Positions 9,720 to 19,219 of a DNA stretch of 46,092 nucleotides are shown here, one piece after another. Source of the stretch: Pirellula sp. (GTDB lineage: Bacteria; Planctomycetota; Planctomycetia; Pirellulales; Pirellulaceae). Position 1 is the first letter of the stretch; each line of letters begins with the position of its first letter. The notes under the pieces were generated by a model, which was not told where the DNA came from, did no database searches, and worked only from the letters and a program-made list of their open reading frames with translations. The stretch covers positions 1 to 46,092 of the forward strand of contig JBILVV010000001.1 of assembly GCA_044370255.1 (NCBI GenBank), given 5' to 3'. The position numbers and the translations under genes were made by a program.

Positions 9720-12700
9720 ATGACCGAATCGACTGAAATCCCCAACCGTTTTGATTTCTCCGAAGCATCTCAGCGCATCTATCAGCAGTGGCTCGACGCA
9801 GGTTGTTTCGACGCGAATGTCGATACCGCCAAGAAACCGTTCACGATTGTGATTCCTCCTCCGAACGTGACCGGGGCGCTCCATCTTGGGCATGCGCTGA
9901 ACAACACTCTTCAAGACATCCAAATTCGCAAGCACCGCATGATGGGTGAGGTTGCTCTTTGGATGCCAGGCACCGACCATGCAGGAATCGCGACCCAAGC
10001 GGTGGTGGAACGCCGTTTGAAAGAACTCGAAAACAAGACACGGCATGACCTGGGCCGCGAGCAACTCGTTCAGCGCATTTGGCAATGGAAGGATCAATAT
10101 GAAACCCGCATCCTCGGCCAACTCAAGCGGATGGGATGCTCCTGCGATTGGCGACGGACCCGATTCACGCTCGATACGATGTGTGCTCGAGCTGTGCGCA
10201 CCACATTCTTCGATTTGTTCTCAAAAGGCTTGATCTATCGGGGCAAGCGATTGGTCAATTGGGATACGTATCTTCAGACTGCGGTCAGCGACGACGAGGT
10301 ATTCACCGAAAAGGTTGCAGGAAACTTCTGGCACTTCCGTTATCCGGTGATCAACCCTGGTCCAGGTCAGCCGACCTACGTAGTTGTCGCGACGACGCGT
10401 CCGGAGACGATGCTCGGTGACACCGCCGTTGCCGTCCATCCTGCGCCGCGGGCTGCTCTCGAAACCGCGAGACAAGCGTTGTTGCAACGCATTCAGGAGG
10501 CTGGTGTGAAAGACCGTCCCGCTCTGGAGACGCAGTTGGCCGATCTCGAAGCGAGGCAACGCGATAAACTCCCGGCCCTTGAGCAACTCGCGGCTATGGC
10601 ACAGCAAGGGTGCATGATCCGTTTGCCGTTGGCCGACCGGGAGATCCCCTTAGTCGCCGACGAGTGGGCCAAACCGGAACTTGGATCGGGTTGCGTCAAG
10701 ATCACACCTGCTCACGATCCGAACGACTACGACGTGGCAACGCGTTGCCAATTGCCACGGCTCAATATCATGAATCCGGATGGGACGATCAATGAGAATG
10801 GAGGGCGCTACGAAGGACTGACCATGGCCAAGGCTCGGACTCGCATCGTCGCCGACATCGATGCGCTCGGTCTGCTCGATCAAGTCGAAGATCGCGAAAT
10901 CGATCTCAAGCACAGCGATCGGAGCAAGACCCCGATCGAACCCTATCTGGCCGACCAATGGTTCGTAGCGATGGCCGAGTTGGCCCAATCCGCAATCGAT
11001 GCGGTCACTTCGCAACGCGTGAAGATCTATCCCGCTCGCTATACAAGCGGTTATGTCGATTGGTTGAGCGAAAAACGGGACTGGCCGGTCGGTCGCCAAC
11101 TGTGGTGGGGACACCAAATACCGATCTGGAGCAAGACGTTCGAATCGAATACCCAGGCTCGTTCCATGAAGTTTCAGATCGAAGCGATGCCGCAACATAC
11201 GATCGGCATGCTGGCGGTTTCCATCGAGGAACCTTCGACGCTCCACGTTTGCGTCAAAAACGAAGACCCGAATCTTGAGTCGACTCTCGAAGGGCTTGGC
11301 CTGGTTCGCCAACAGGACGTGCTCGATACCTGGTTCTCCTCGGCATTGTGGCCCCATTCGACCCTTGGGTGGCCAGAGTCGACACCGGAACTCAATTACT
11401 TCTATCCCACCAGCACGCTGATCACCTCGCGCGACATCATCACCCTTTGGGTGGCACGTATGGTGTTGATGGGACTCAATAACCTCGACGAAGTTCCGTT
11501 TCGCGAGGTCTATATCCACCCCAAGATCCTCGATGGATACGGGGAAACGATGTCCAAGAGCAAAGGGAACGGTGTTGATCCGATCGATGTGATCGACAAG
11601 TTCGGTGCCGATGCCCTTCGGTTCGGTCTCGCATGGCTCACGACCGAGACACAGGATGTCCGTATGCCGGTTCAGTATGAATGTCCTCACTGCCAAGCGT
11701 TGGTGCAGCAAACGAAAGAGAATCGCACCGCTCCGCGCGTTGCATGCGACAAGTGCAAAAAACCCTTCTCGACGCAATGGGCGGAAACCGAAGCCGACAA
11801 GGCATTGCCTCGCGCACCGGTGGTCAGCGAACGATTCGAGAACGCCCGCAACTTCGTCAATAAACTATGGAACGCTTCTCGATTCGTCATGATGAACTTA
11901 GATGGATACGCACCCGTAGCTGTCGATTGGGATCGACTGCCCCTGGAGGATCAATGGATTCTGTCTCGATTGGCGTCGGTGACGCAAACCGTCGATCAGG
12001 AACTCGATCGGTACGGATATGCCGAGGCGGCACGAGCCGCTTATGATTTTGCTTGGGACAATTTCTGCTCGTATTACGTCGAGATGGCCAAGCCGCGATT
12101 GCAGGATCCGAGTCTGCGACCCCAGGTGCAACGCATTCTCGCCCATTGCCTCGATCATATGCTCCGCTTGCTTCATCCAATGATGCCATTTGTCACCGAA
12201 GCGATCTGGCAGCAATTGGGTAAGATCGTTCCTCATCGCGACCTGTTCGACGATACACCTGCGCAGCAATGGCTGATGCTCGCACCCTGGCCGACCGCTC
12301 AAACGCGATTCCAACGCGCCGACGTCGAAGCACAGTTCTCTCACTTCGCTGCACTGATCGGCGCAATTCGGGAAATTCGTTCCCGACAAAATCTTCCACC
12401 CAAAGAGCGGGTTCCCTACTCCGTTCGCTGCCAAAAGGATATGGAGCAATTGCTTCGTCCCATGCAGCCGTTTCTCGAAAGTATGGCGGGAGCCGATGCA
12501 ACGGCGTGGGGACCCGATGTTCCCGTGCCGAGCGTGCATGCTCATATCGCTATCGATCAAATGGATGTCTATGTCGACCTGAGCCAATTCATCGATGTCG
12601 CAGCGGAGATCTCACGCAACGAAAAACTCCTCTCGAACCTGATCAAACAGATCCAAGGCAAGGAGGGGCGTCTGTCCAACGAAGCTTTCGTCAGCAAGGC

Positions 12701-12803
12701 GCCTCCGGAAATCATCGAAAAGGAGCGGCAGGCCTTGAATGAACTGACCGCCCAGCGAACCGCAACGGAGCAGGCTCTCGAGCGTCTTCGACAGATGCCC
12801 TGA
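9720..12803 (+). CDS. valS: Valine--tRNA ligase
   Basis: PPPNVTGALHLGH (HIGH), DHAGIATQ, ATTRPET, GCVKITPAHD, RQLWWGHQIP, DVLDTWFSS, TMSKS (KMSKS), C-terminal coiled coil. Confidence 0.98.
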   Translation: MTESTEIPNRFDFSEASQRIYQQWLDAGCFDANVDTAKKPFTIVIPPPNVTGALHLGHALNNTLQDIQIRKHRMMGEVALWMPGTDHAGIATQAVVERRLKELENKTRHDLGREQLVQRIWQWKDQYETRILGQLKRMGCSCDWRRTRFTLDTMCARAVRTTFFDLFSKGLIYRGKRLVNWDTYLQTAVSDDEVFTEKVAGNFWHFRYPVINPGPGQPTYVVVATTRPETMLGDTAVAVHPAPRAALETARQALLQRIQEAGVKDRPALETQLADLEARQRDKLPALEQLAAMAQQGCMIRLPLADREIPLVADEWAKPELGSGCVKITPAHDPNDYDVATRCQLPRLNIMNPDGTINENGGRYEGLTMAKARTRIVADIDALGLLDQVEDREIDLKHSDRSKTPIEPYLADQWFVAMAELAQSAIDAVTSQRVKIYPARYTSGYVDWLSEKRDWPVGRQLWWGHQIPIWSKTFESNTQARSMKFQIEAMPQHTIGMLAVSIEEPSTLHVCVKNEDPNLESTLEGLGLVRQQDVLDTWFSSALWPHSTLGWPESTPELNYFYPTSTLITSRDIITLWVARMVLMGLNNLDEVPFREVYIHPKILDGYGETMSKSKGNGVDPIDVIDKFGADALRFGLAWLTTETQDVRMPVQYECPHCQALVQQTKENRTAPRVACDKCKKPFSTQWAETEADKALPRAPVVSERFENARNFVNKLWNASRFVMMNLDGYAPVAVDWDRLPLEDQWILSRLASVTQTVDQELDRYGYAEAARAAYDFAWDNFCSYYVEMAKPRLQDPSLRPQVQRILAHCLDHMLRLLHPMMPFVTEAIWQQLGKIVPHRDLFDDTPAQQWLMLAPWPTAQTRFQRADVEAQFSHFAALIGAIREIRSRQNLPPKERVPYSVRCQKDMEQLLRPMQPFLESMAGADATAWGPDVPVPSVHAHIAIDQMDVYVDLSQFIDVAAEISRNEKLLSNLIKQIQGKEGRLSNEAFVSKAPPEIIEKERQALNELTAQRTATEQALERLRQMP

Positions 12804-12808
12804 TGCGA

Positions 12809-13474
12809 TTAACCTGCGAGCCTATAACTACCCTCGAAATCCGCGCGTCCTAAAGGTTCATACACATACAAACAAAGTCCGACGGAATCGAATCGCCCTT
12901 TGGTCCACCAAACATTTTTGCGATGACCATCGAGTTGCGCGAGCCGTTTCCAATCGGAAGAGCTTTCCAGATACGGTCGAATCTTCTGCGCTTTGATCGA
13001 TACGATCTTTCGATTCCTGCCACCCGGCTGCTCCCAATCATGCATGGCGAACAGGCAGCCCGGTTCGATCCAGGATTCCAAACTGCGAATGTCGGTCAAT
13101 GCGAGATCCGGAATCTCCGGGCCGTCAAAGAATAAAAAGTCTGGCTTGCTCGCCTCATCCCGCATCTTTTCGATGAGCTGATCGGAACGAAGGGGGTGGT
13201 AGTGCAATGCACCCTGAAATCGATGGAGGAATGGTTCCGGGGGACGACGCAGGGGATCGCAAGTGTGCAACGCGCCACCGTTTTTCTGAAGCGCGCTTGA
13301 GATGTAGAAGGTCGAACCTCCCACTCCGGTCCCCACCTCGAGAACCCTCCTTGGACGATAAGTGATCATCCACTGATACAAACGAAGACGCTCCACGGGG
13401 AGCATCTCGCCGGGATAAGGATTCGCAGGGAGATATCTCGCCGTCACGAGCCGTGTCAACCATCTCTTAATCAT
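12809..13474 (-). CDS. Class I SAM-dependent methyltransferase (Methyltransf_24-like)
   Basis: RRVLEVGTGVGGST motif I, LHTCD, DFLFFDG, GCLFAMHD. Start uncertain; ATG 13474 chosen. Confidence 0.75.
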   Translation of the reverse strand: MIKRWLTRLVTARYLPANPYPGEMLPVERLRLYQWMITYRPRRVLEVGTGVGGSTFYISSALQKNGGALHTCDPLRRPPEPFLHRFQGALHYHPLRSDQLIEKMRDEASKPDFLFFDGPEIPDLALTDIRSLESWIEPGCLFAMHDWEQPGGRNRKIVSIKAQKIRPYLESSSDWKRLAQLDGHRKNVWWTKGRFDSVGLCLYVYEPLGRADFEGSYRLAG

Positions 13475-13524
13475 GTCGGGATTCCCCTTGTAATCCGCCA
13501 TCATTCCTGTGCTTGCAATTGCGG

Positions 13525-13580
13525 TAGAATGGTTAGCAAAAGACATCGGTTCGAGACAAGACAGGAAAACTGCGTAGAAT
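13525..13580 (+). promoter_or_regulatory. Two tandem TAGAAT -10 boxes upstream of the DUF2237 gene
   Basis: TAGAAT at 13525-13530 and 13575-13580, each preceded by TGCG(G). Confidence 0.4.
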
Positions 13581-13662
13581 TCATGCGGATGCTTTCGTTG
13601 GCAACGAAAATTCTCGACCAACGGCGGACAAATCAAAATCTCCTGGAAGCGAGCGATTATTT

Positions 13663-14028
13663 ATGACGGATGCAAAGAACGTGTTGGGAACGACCCTAGA
13701 GTCCTGCTCGGTGAATCCGATGACCGGTTTCTTTCGGGACGGATGCTGTCGCAGCGGAGCTGAGGATCTGGGATTGCATCTGGTGTGCGCCCAGGTCACC
13801 GACGAGTTTCTTGCGTTCTCAAAACGCCGCGGCAACGATCTGATTACCCCGGTCCCTCAGTATCGATTTCCTGGACTCAAGGCGGGTGACCGTTGGTGTC
13901 TGTGCGTCTTGAGGTGGCGCGAAGCTTTGGAAGCCGGAGTTGCACCGCCGATTGTTTTGGAATCGACCCATATTTCGACTTTGGAATTCGTCGACCTGGA
14001 AGACCTGCGAGCCCATGCGGTAAGCTGA
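13663..14028 (+). CDS. DUF2237 family protein
   Basis: KNVLG, PMTGFFRDGCC, DLGLHLVCA, GNDLITP, FPGLKAGDRWCLC, APPIVLESTH. Confidence 0.92.
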   Translation: MTDAKNVLGTTLESCSVNPMTGFFRDGCCRSGAEDLGLHLVCAQVTDEFLAFSKRRGNDLITPVPQYRFPGLKAGDRWCLCVLRWREALEAGVAPPIVLESTHISTLEFVDLEDLRAHAVS

Positions 14029-14120
14029 AAACATCTTTCGTCCTCCATTTTTCGTCAGCCCCGGCAGAGCCGACAGCCCGGCGGTATCATCCCCGAAGTG
14101 AACCTGCGTTGACGCGGACG

Positions 14121-14126
14121 TATAAT
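14121..14126 (+). promoter_or_regulatory. Consensus TATAAT -10 box positioned for a leaderless mRNA
   Basis: TATAAT followed by 6 nt and then the ATG at 14133. Confidence 0.55.
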
Positions 14127-14132
14127 GAGAAC

Positions 14133-15068
14133 ATGAAAACCGAACCGACTTGGCCACGTTTTATTCTTCGACTCGCTGCGATTTACAACCTGCTCTGGGG
14201 AGCCTGGGTGATCCTGTTTCCCAATCATCTGTTCGACTGGACGGGAATCGCTCGCCCCAACTATCCAGGCATCTGGCAATGCGTTGGAATGATCGTAGGT
14301 GTTTATGGGGTCGGTTATTGGTTTGCTGCATCTGATTTTCGCCGCCACTGGCCGATCGTGTTGGTCGGTTTTCTCGGAAAAGTCTTTGGACCTATCGGAT
14401 TCATCCAATCGGCGATCACCGGTGCGCTCCCATGGTCTTGGGGTGCGACGATCCTCACCAACGATCTGATTTGGTGGGTCCCGTTCGGAGCGATGTTGTA
14501 TCTGGCTTTCAAAGACAACACCGATCCGAAACGTCGATCCTCGCAGGTTTGGTCGCTCGATGAGGCGAATCAAAGGGCTTTGTCCTCCAACGGGCAAGGA
14601 CTCGCCTCGATGAGTCGCGATCGGGATGTACTGGTCGTTTTCCTGCGCCATGCAGGTTGCACGTTCTGTCGCGAGACACTCGATGAATTGAGCAAACGCC
14701 GCGAAGAATGGACCTTGAAAAAGATTCAACCGGTCGTGGTTCACATGGGCAGCCCGGATGAAGGGAACGCGATGATGGCTCGATGGGGACTGTCTGACGT
14801 TCCCCACATCAGCGACCCCGAATGCCGACTGTTTCAAGCCTATGAGCTACCACGTGGCACTTTCAGCCAACTGTTCGGCCTGCGTGTATGGATCGAAGGC
14901 TTTCGCGCTGCGATTCTCAAAGGATACGGGTTTGGGAAACTGGTCGGAGACGGATTCCAGATGTCGGGCGCATACCTGATTCGCGACGGTCGCATTGTAT
15001 CGGCGGCCCCGTCACGCGATGCCGCCGATAGTTGTCCGTGGAAGCCGATCCTGGCGACTCATTCGTGA
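14133..15068 (+). CDS. Membrane domain fused to a peroxiredoxin-like (AhpC/TSA, SelL/PRXL2-type) thioredoxin-fold domain
   Basis: About four N-terminal TM helices (YNLLWGAW, WQCVGMIVGVYG, GKVFGPIGF, TNDLIWWVPF). Then VFLRHAGCTFCRE (CxxC), HISDP and GDGFQMSGAYLI. Confidence 0.85.
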   Translation: MKTEPTWPRFILRLAAIYNLLWGAWVILFPNHLFDWTGIARPNYPGIWQCVGMIVGVYGVGYWFAASDFRRHWPIVLVGFLGKVFGPIGFIQSAITGALPWSWGATILTNDLIWWVPFGAMLYLAFKDNTDPKRRSSQVWSLDEANQRALSSNGQGLASMSRDRDVLVVFLRHAGCTFCRETLDELSKRREEWTLKKIQPVVVHMGSPDEGNAMMARWGLSDVPHISDPECRLFQAYELPRGTFSQLFGLRVWIEGFRAAILKGYGFGKLVGDGFQMSGAYLIRDGRIVSAAPSRDAADSCPWKPILATHS

Positions 15069-15090
15069 TGCCAAAACGCTCTCTCAGTAA

Positions 15091-15801
15091 CTAGTACGTT
15101 TTGAGCATGACGTTCTTGAACTGAACTTTCATCGGGGGGCCAGCGTGGACTTGGAAGGCGATGATTCCTTCGGCGGTTGCCTTGGCCGATTCCTCATCGC
15201 GAGTCTCCGAGAAGAGGGTGTCGTTGATGTAGTGCTGGAGTACCGGTCCACGAGCGACGATGCGATAGTGATTCCAATCTTCCCACTTGATGCGCGATAG
15301 AAGCGCCTCGGGATCACCCGCACTGCCGACTTTGGATTTCTTGCCCTCGTTGTTGATGGCGATGATCTCGCCACGATCGGTCAAGATCCCGCGCCCTTGT
15401 TCTTCGTAATTGATCCCCATGTAGCGTTTGCCCGAATCGATGTCGGCTTGATAGCCACCGACGACGAACTTCTCTTTGTTGAGTAGCTTGCTGCGGTATT
15501 GGATGCCGGAGTTTCCTCCTTGGATTTTGAAATCGAGCTCCAATTCAAAGTCTTTGACCGGTTTGTCGTAAACCAGAAACGTGTTTTGCGGGATCGGTGC
15601 GGCAGCGGTATTTTCGCCGGTGATCGCCCCATCTTCGACCCGCCAATTGCCGGTCAATCCCGACCATCCGGCGAGCGACTTGCCGTCGAAGATCGCAACC
15701 GCTTTGGGATCTGCGGGTTTAGCGTCTTGAGCGTGGCTAGTCAGGGCAGATAGGCTGGCGATCAACGTCGCACTTAGGAACACAAGGTTGCGCAATCTCA
15801 T
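15091..15801 (-). CDS. DUF1080 (3-keto-disaccharide hydrolase-like) secreted protein
   Basis: Signal peptide; IFDGKSLAGW, WRVEDGAI, DFELELDFK, GNSGIQYR, GYQADI, WNHYRI, GIIAFQVH. Confidence 0.92.
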   Translation of the reverse strand: MRLRNLVFLSATLIASLSALTSHAQDAKPADPKAVAIFDGKSLAGWSGLTGNWRVEDGAITGENTAAAPIPQNTFLVYDKPVKDFELELDFKIQGGNSGIQYRSKLLNKEKFVVGGYQADIDSGKRYMGINYEEQGRGILTDRGEIIAINNEGKKSKVGSAGDPEALLSRIKWEDWNHYRIVARGPVLQHYINDTLFSETRDEESAKATAEGIIAFQVHAGPPMKVQFKNVMLKTY

Positions 15802-15804
15802 GAT

Positions 15805-17115
15805 TTAGTCCTTTATGGTTTGGAGAGTAAAACGTACTTTGGTGGCGCGATCGTCCGATACCGATAATACTTTGGCTGTAACTCCGGGCAACTCGATCAC
15901 GTCGCCAGCGATCAATAATCGCTCTGCTTTATGGACAAGCAGGCCAGTCACCGTGTCGACATCCGCATCCTCGAACTTGACGCCTAGCCGATTCTCCACC
16001 GCTTCGACCGCCGTGGATCCGAGTACGACATAGGCACCCGGACCGTCGGGGACAATCTCGGGTTCCTCGACGTCGAACTCATCGGCAACGTCACCGATGA
16101 TTTCTTCCATCACATTCTCGAGGGTAACGATGCCGATGATCATGCCATATTCATCGACAACAAACGCCATATGTTGATGCGTGCCCTGGAAGTGCCGGAG
16201 CAACTTGCTGATCGGCATGTTCTCAGGCACCTTCTTCGGTGGACGCATTACGGTGGTCCAGTCAAAACCTTTCTGGATATTCGCTCCCGTAATGTCTTTC
16301 ACGTGGAGCACACCGAGTACCGAATCGAGCGAGCCATCGCATACGGGATAACGGGTATGCTTGGTGCGTCGAATCATCGCCATGATGACATCGGTCTCTT
16401 CGTTTTTATCGATAAAGTCGACATCGTTGCGAGGGACCATAATGCGACGGCAGACGAGGTCATCGAACTCAAACACGGCGTTGATCAGGCTGTGTTCGCT
16501 CCGCGTCAGATTGCCATGCACATGGGCTTCGCGAAGCAGAGCTCGAATCTCCTCTTCCGTGTAGGGAATCGAACTCTTGGTTTTATCTCCCGCTCCGAGG
16601 ATGCGTAGCAACCAATCGGTGGAGATGCTCAAGATAACCATCAACGGGTAAGCGATGATGTAGAAAACAGACAACGGAACCGCACAGGCCAATAGGAGTC
16701 CCTCAGGCTTCCGGATCGCGAATACTTTAGGGGCCTGTTCCCCGACCACGAGGTGCAATGCGGTCACCAAGGTGAACGAAAACGCAAACGCAACCCCGTG
16801 AACCACCGCAGGGGACTGAATTCCAAGCTTGCTGAGCATCGGCTCGATCAAATGCGCAAATGCAGGTTCGCCGATGGCTCCGAGAGCTAGCGAAGCCATG
16901 GTGATCCCGAGCTGGCAGGCCGAGAGGGAATGCTCCAGTCGCTGGGCGAGCCACCGAGCGGTTCGGGCGAATAGTCGCTTCTCGGCCACCATCTGCTCGA
17001 TGCGGCTTAGACGGACCTTCACGAGCGCGAACTCGACCGCTACGAAAAAACCGTTTACGAAGACCAGGATCAGCGCCACAAGGATTTTTGCGAGATCCGG
17101 TAACCAGTCTGTCAT
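15805..17115 (-). CDS. Hemolysin/TlyC-CorC family protein (CNNM + CBS pair + CorC_HlyC)
   Basis: NGFFVAVEFALV, CQLGITMASL, VGEQAPK, IMVPR, HTRYPV, VVDEYG, DEFD. Confidence 0.93.
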   Translation of the reverse strand: MTDWLPDLAKILVALILVFVNGFFVAVEFALVKVRLSRIEQMVAEKRLFARTARWLAQRLEHSLSACQLGITMASLALGAIGEPAFAHLIEPMLSKLGIQSPAVVHGVAFAFSFTLVTALHLVVGEQAPKVFAIRKPEGLLLACAVPLSVFYIIAYPLMVILSISTDWLLRILGAGDKTKSSIPYTEEEIRALLREAHVHGNLTRSEHSLINAVFEFDDLVCRRIMVPRNDVDFIDKNEETDVIMAMIRRTKHTRYPVCDGSLDSVLGVLHVKDITGANIQKGFDWTTVMRPPKKVPENMPISKLLRHFQGTHQHMAFVVDEYGMIIGIVTLENVMEEIIGDVADEFDVEEPEIVPDGPGAYVVLGSTAVEAVENRLGVKFEDADVDTVTGLLVHKAERLLIAGDVIELPGVTAKVLSVSDDRATKVRFTLQTIKD

Positions 17116-17392
17116 TGTGTTTGGAAAAATATCTCCGCAGGGCAAGGCTCAGACGAATTTCGAAGTCTTCTATTGTATCTCATAGGAAGCGAGCCGTCCG
17201 CACCCCGGCAAATCCCCTACATGCGCCCATCCTTTCCCGATTGATCTGCAGCGTAATTATTCGGGAATTTATTGGTATTTCGGGACCGTGTGCCGAGAAA
17301 TAGTTCGCTCGTCGGTGCCACACTTCTTCGGAGCAACCCGCACCCCGACTCCTACCTCTCCCAACCCCCGTCTGTCTCCTGGAGTTCTCCGA

Positions 17393-17602
17393 ATGGCCAA
17401 TTCGCCGCTGCTGTACCGACTGGACAAAGCGCTCAGAAACCACCCTCACCTCAATCGACAACCTGTTTTCGTCGAACGCCAAGAAGATCAGCTCATTGTC
17501 CGCGGTACAGTCCGATCCTTCTATCACAAGCAGGTGATCCAAGAAGCGATTCGCAAGGTCGACGGCGAAGCCGAAATCAAGAATCTCGTCGAGGTTCAGT
17601 AA
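17393..17602 (+). CDS. Small BON-domain protein
   Basis: LIVRGTVRSFYHKQVIQEAIRKVDG...IKNLVEV. GGAG SD at 17381-17384 before ATG 17393. Confidence 0.8.
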   Translation: MANSPLLYRLDKALRNHPHLNRQPVFVERQEDQLIVRGTVRSFYHKQVIQEAIRKVDGEAEIKNLVEVQ

Positions 17603-17681
17603 CGACGCGATCGTTATCGAAACAACCCTCGGCCAACGGCATTAACCAACTTAGCCAAGAGCAACGCCCCTGAGGCTATTT

Positions 17682-19169
17682 CTAGGGTCTTTGAACCGGC
17701 TCTTCCGATGGGATACCCAATGCGGGCCAGGGTTTCGGTTCTACCTCGAGCACTTGTTGCATTGCATGGATAAGCACCCCTTCCACAGCGGGAGCCACCA
17801 AGGTCGATCGGACCTCGGTCTCATAACCTCCTTGCTCGTATGCTATGGCGGTTCCGATGTAATTGGGTGCGTAATCGCCGTATGCTGCCATCGCCACAAA
17901 CGTATCCGGGCACATCTGCTGGGCTGCGAGTTGATACTCGACGAATAGTTCGCCGGGCATGTGAAGGATCCTCGAAGCCCCCAGCCTTAGGCATTGAAGC
18001 GTGACGGGATCCTTGGCCTGGCAGCGTCGCATCCAGATCTCCTGTGTCGCCGCATAGATTCTTTCTTTCAGCGTCCGGGCCGGATCTCGAACTATCTTTT
18101 CGATATCCTCCAAGCGAAGCCGTTCGGTCACGGGCATGAGAACATCGGATGTCTTCCAGGAGACGTCGCTGGTCGATATGGGGAATCGCTTCTCCGATTC
18201 GGTTGCGAGCCGCATCCCGTCCTCGAGTCGCTTTGCAAGAACCGGCCGATTTTCTGGCGAACCATCGTTATACTTCCCCGCCCCGACATTCCCGCCTGCT
18301 CCGCAGAAATGGACATGAGGTACCCCGGTCGCCGCTTGCCTCGCGTTTCTCGCCATGCCGGGAAAGTCGGGATTCACGTCCCCCTTGCCGTAGTAACTCT
18401 GAGGATGGGTCGCGTAATACGTTAGCACAACGAGACGCTCATCCCCCCGAAAGAAACTGACCGATCGAACCATAGGATCGATCACCCCCTCGGGTTCGGC
18501 GCGAACTGCGGGATCTTTCGTCGCTGTCCATCGAACGGCTTTGACACGGCCGTCGGGCCCGAGAATGCGACGGTTGGAAGCCACCTGTTCCACCTGTCCC
18601 TGACCCAATGCAACATGGGTCACGCTCTGTGCATTGGCAACGGCGGAGCGGACCCCTTGTTCGGCTCGTTCCAAAACGATACGAGCAAACCCCGAATCGA
18701 AGATAATCCCGCTTGCTCCGTGCTCGCGAGCCAGCGTATCGGCCGAGAAATCACACCATGGCGCATCGTGCTGATGGAGCGTATGGACCGCGACATGATT
18801 GGAATCCGTTCCGGCCGCAGTCGCCAACCGCTCGCGAAATACCAAATTCGACTCATTGCCGATCCCGAGCCAGTCGACAGCGCACAGGACGATCGGACGA
18901 TCGCTTCCAAGCAATACAATACCGCGGCATCGCAAGGTCTCCACAACGGACCGTGTTGGGCTATAGGCCAGCTGGCTCCCGATCGGCGGGGTTGCATCGA
19001 CATCGAAGTAACCCACCTTGATTTTCGAACCTGATAGCCCGGCATCCGCTTGGCTATAACAAGTCGGTGCGCCGAAGTTGATGAGCGTTAACCAACCCAT
19101 CACGAAACCGAAATGCGACATCCAGACTAGCCTGGTTTCGCGCTGTGCGCTTTCTTTGGTCGCGATCAT
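17682..19169 (-). CDS. Conserved secreted protein, neutral/alkaline ceramidase-like fold
   Basis: DVDATPPIG, VLCAVDW, HTLHQHDAP, YYATHPQSYYG, HMPGELFVEYQL, AAYGDYAPNYI, GGYE. Start 19169 or 19121. The longer ORF start overlaps pepF. Confidence 0.7.
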   Translation of the reverse strand: MIATKESAQRETRLVWMSHFGFVMGWLTLINFGAPTCYSQADAGLSGSKIKVGYFDVDATPPIGSQLAYSPTRSVVETLRCRGIVLLGSDRPIVLCAVDWLGIGNESNLVFRERLATAAGTDSNHVAVHTLHQHDAPWCDFSADTLAREHGASGIIFDSGFARIVLERAEQGVRSAVANAQSVTHVALGQGQVEQVASNRRILGPDGRVKAVRWTATKDPAVRAEPEGVIDPMVRSVSFFRGDERLVVLTYYATHPQSYYGKGDVNPDFPGMARNARQAATGVPHVHFCGAGGNVGAGKYNDGSPENRPVLAKRLEDGMRLATESEKRFPISTSDVSWKTSDVLMPVTERLRLEDIEKIVRDPARTLKERIYAATQEIWMRRCQAKDPVTLQCLRLGASRILHMPGELFVEYQLAAQQMCPDTFVAMAAYGDYAPNYIGTAIAYEQGGYETEVRSTLVAPAVEGVLIHAMQQVLEVEPKPWPALGIPSEEPVQRP

Positions 19170-19219
19170 CGTGTCACCTGCTTGTCTCAATGAAGTCGAT
19201 GGTAATTCAGGGTTGTTGG

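Noticed and set aside
10650-12587. Long antisense ORFs opposite valS, and similar ones opposite pepF, fusA, gnd and others
   Set aside because: Shadow frames expected from GC-rich codon bias, with no independent motifs.
14109-14126. TTGACG + TATAAT as a -35/-10 pair
   Set aside because: The spacer is only 6 nt. Only the -10 box was kept.
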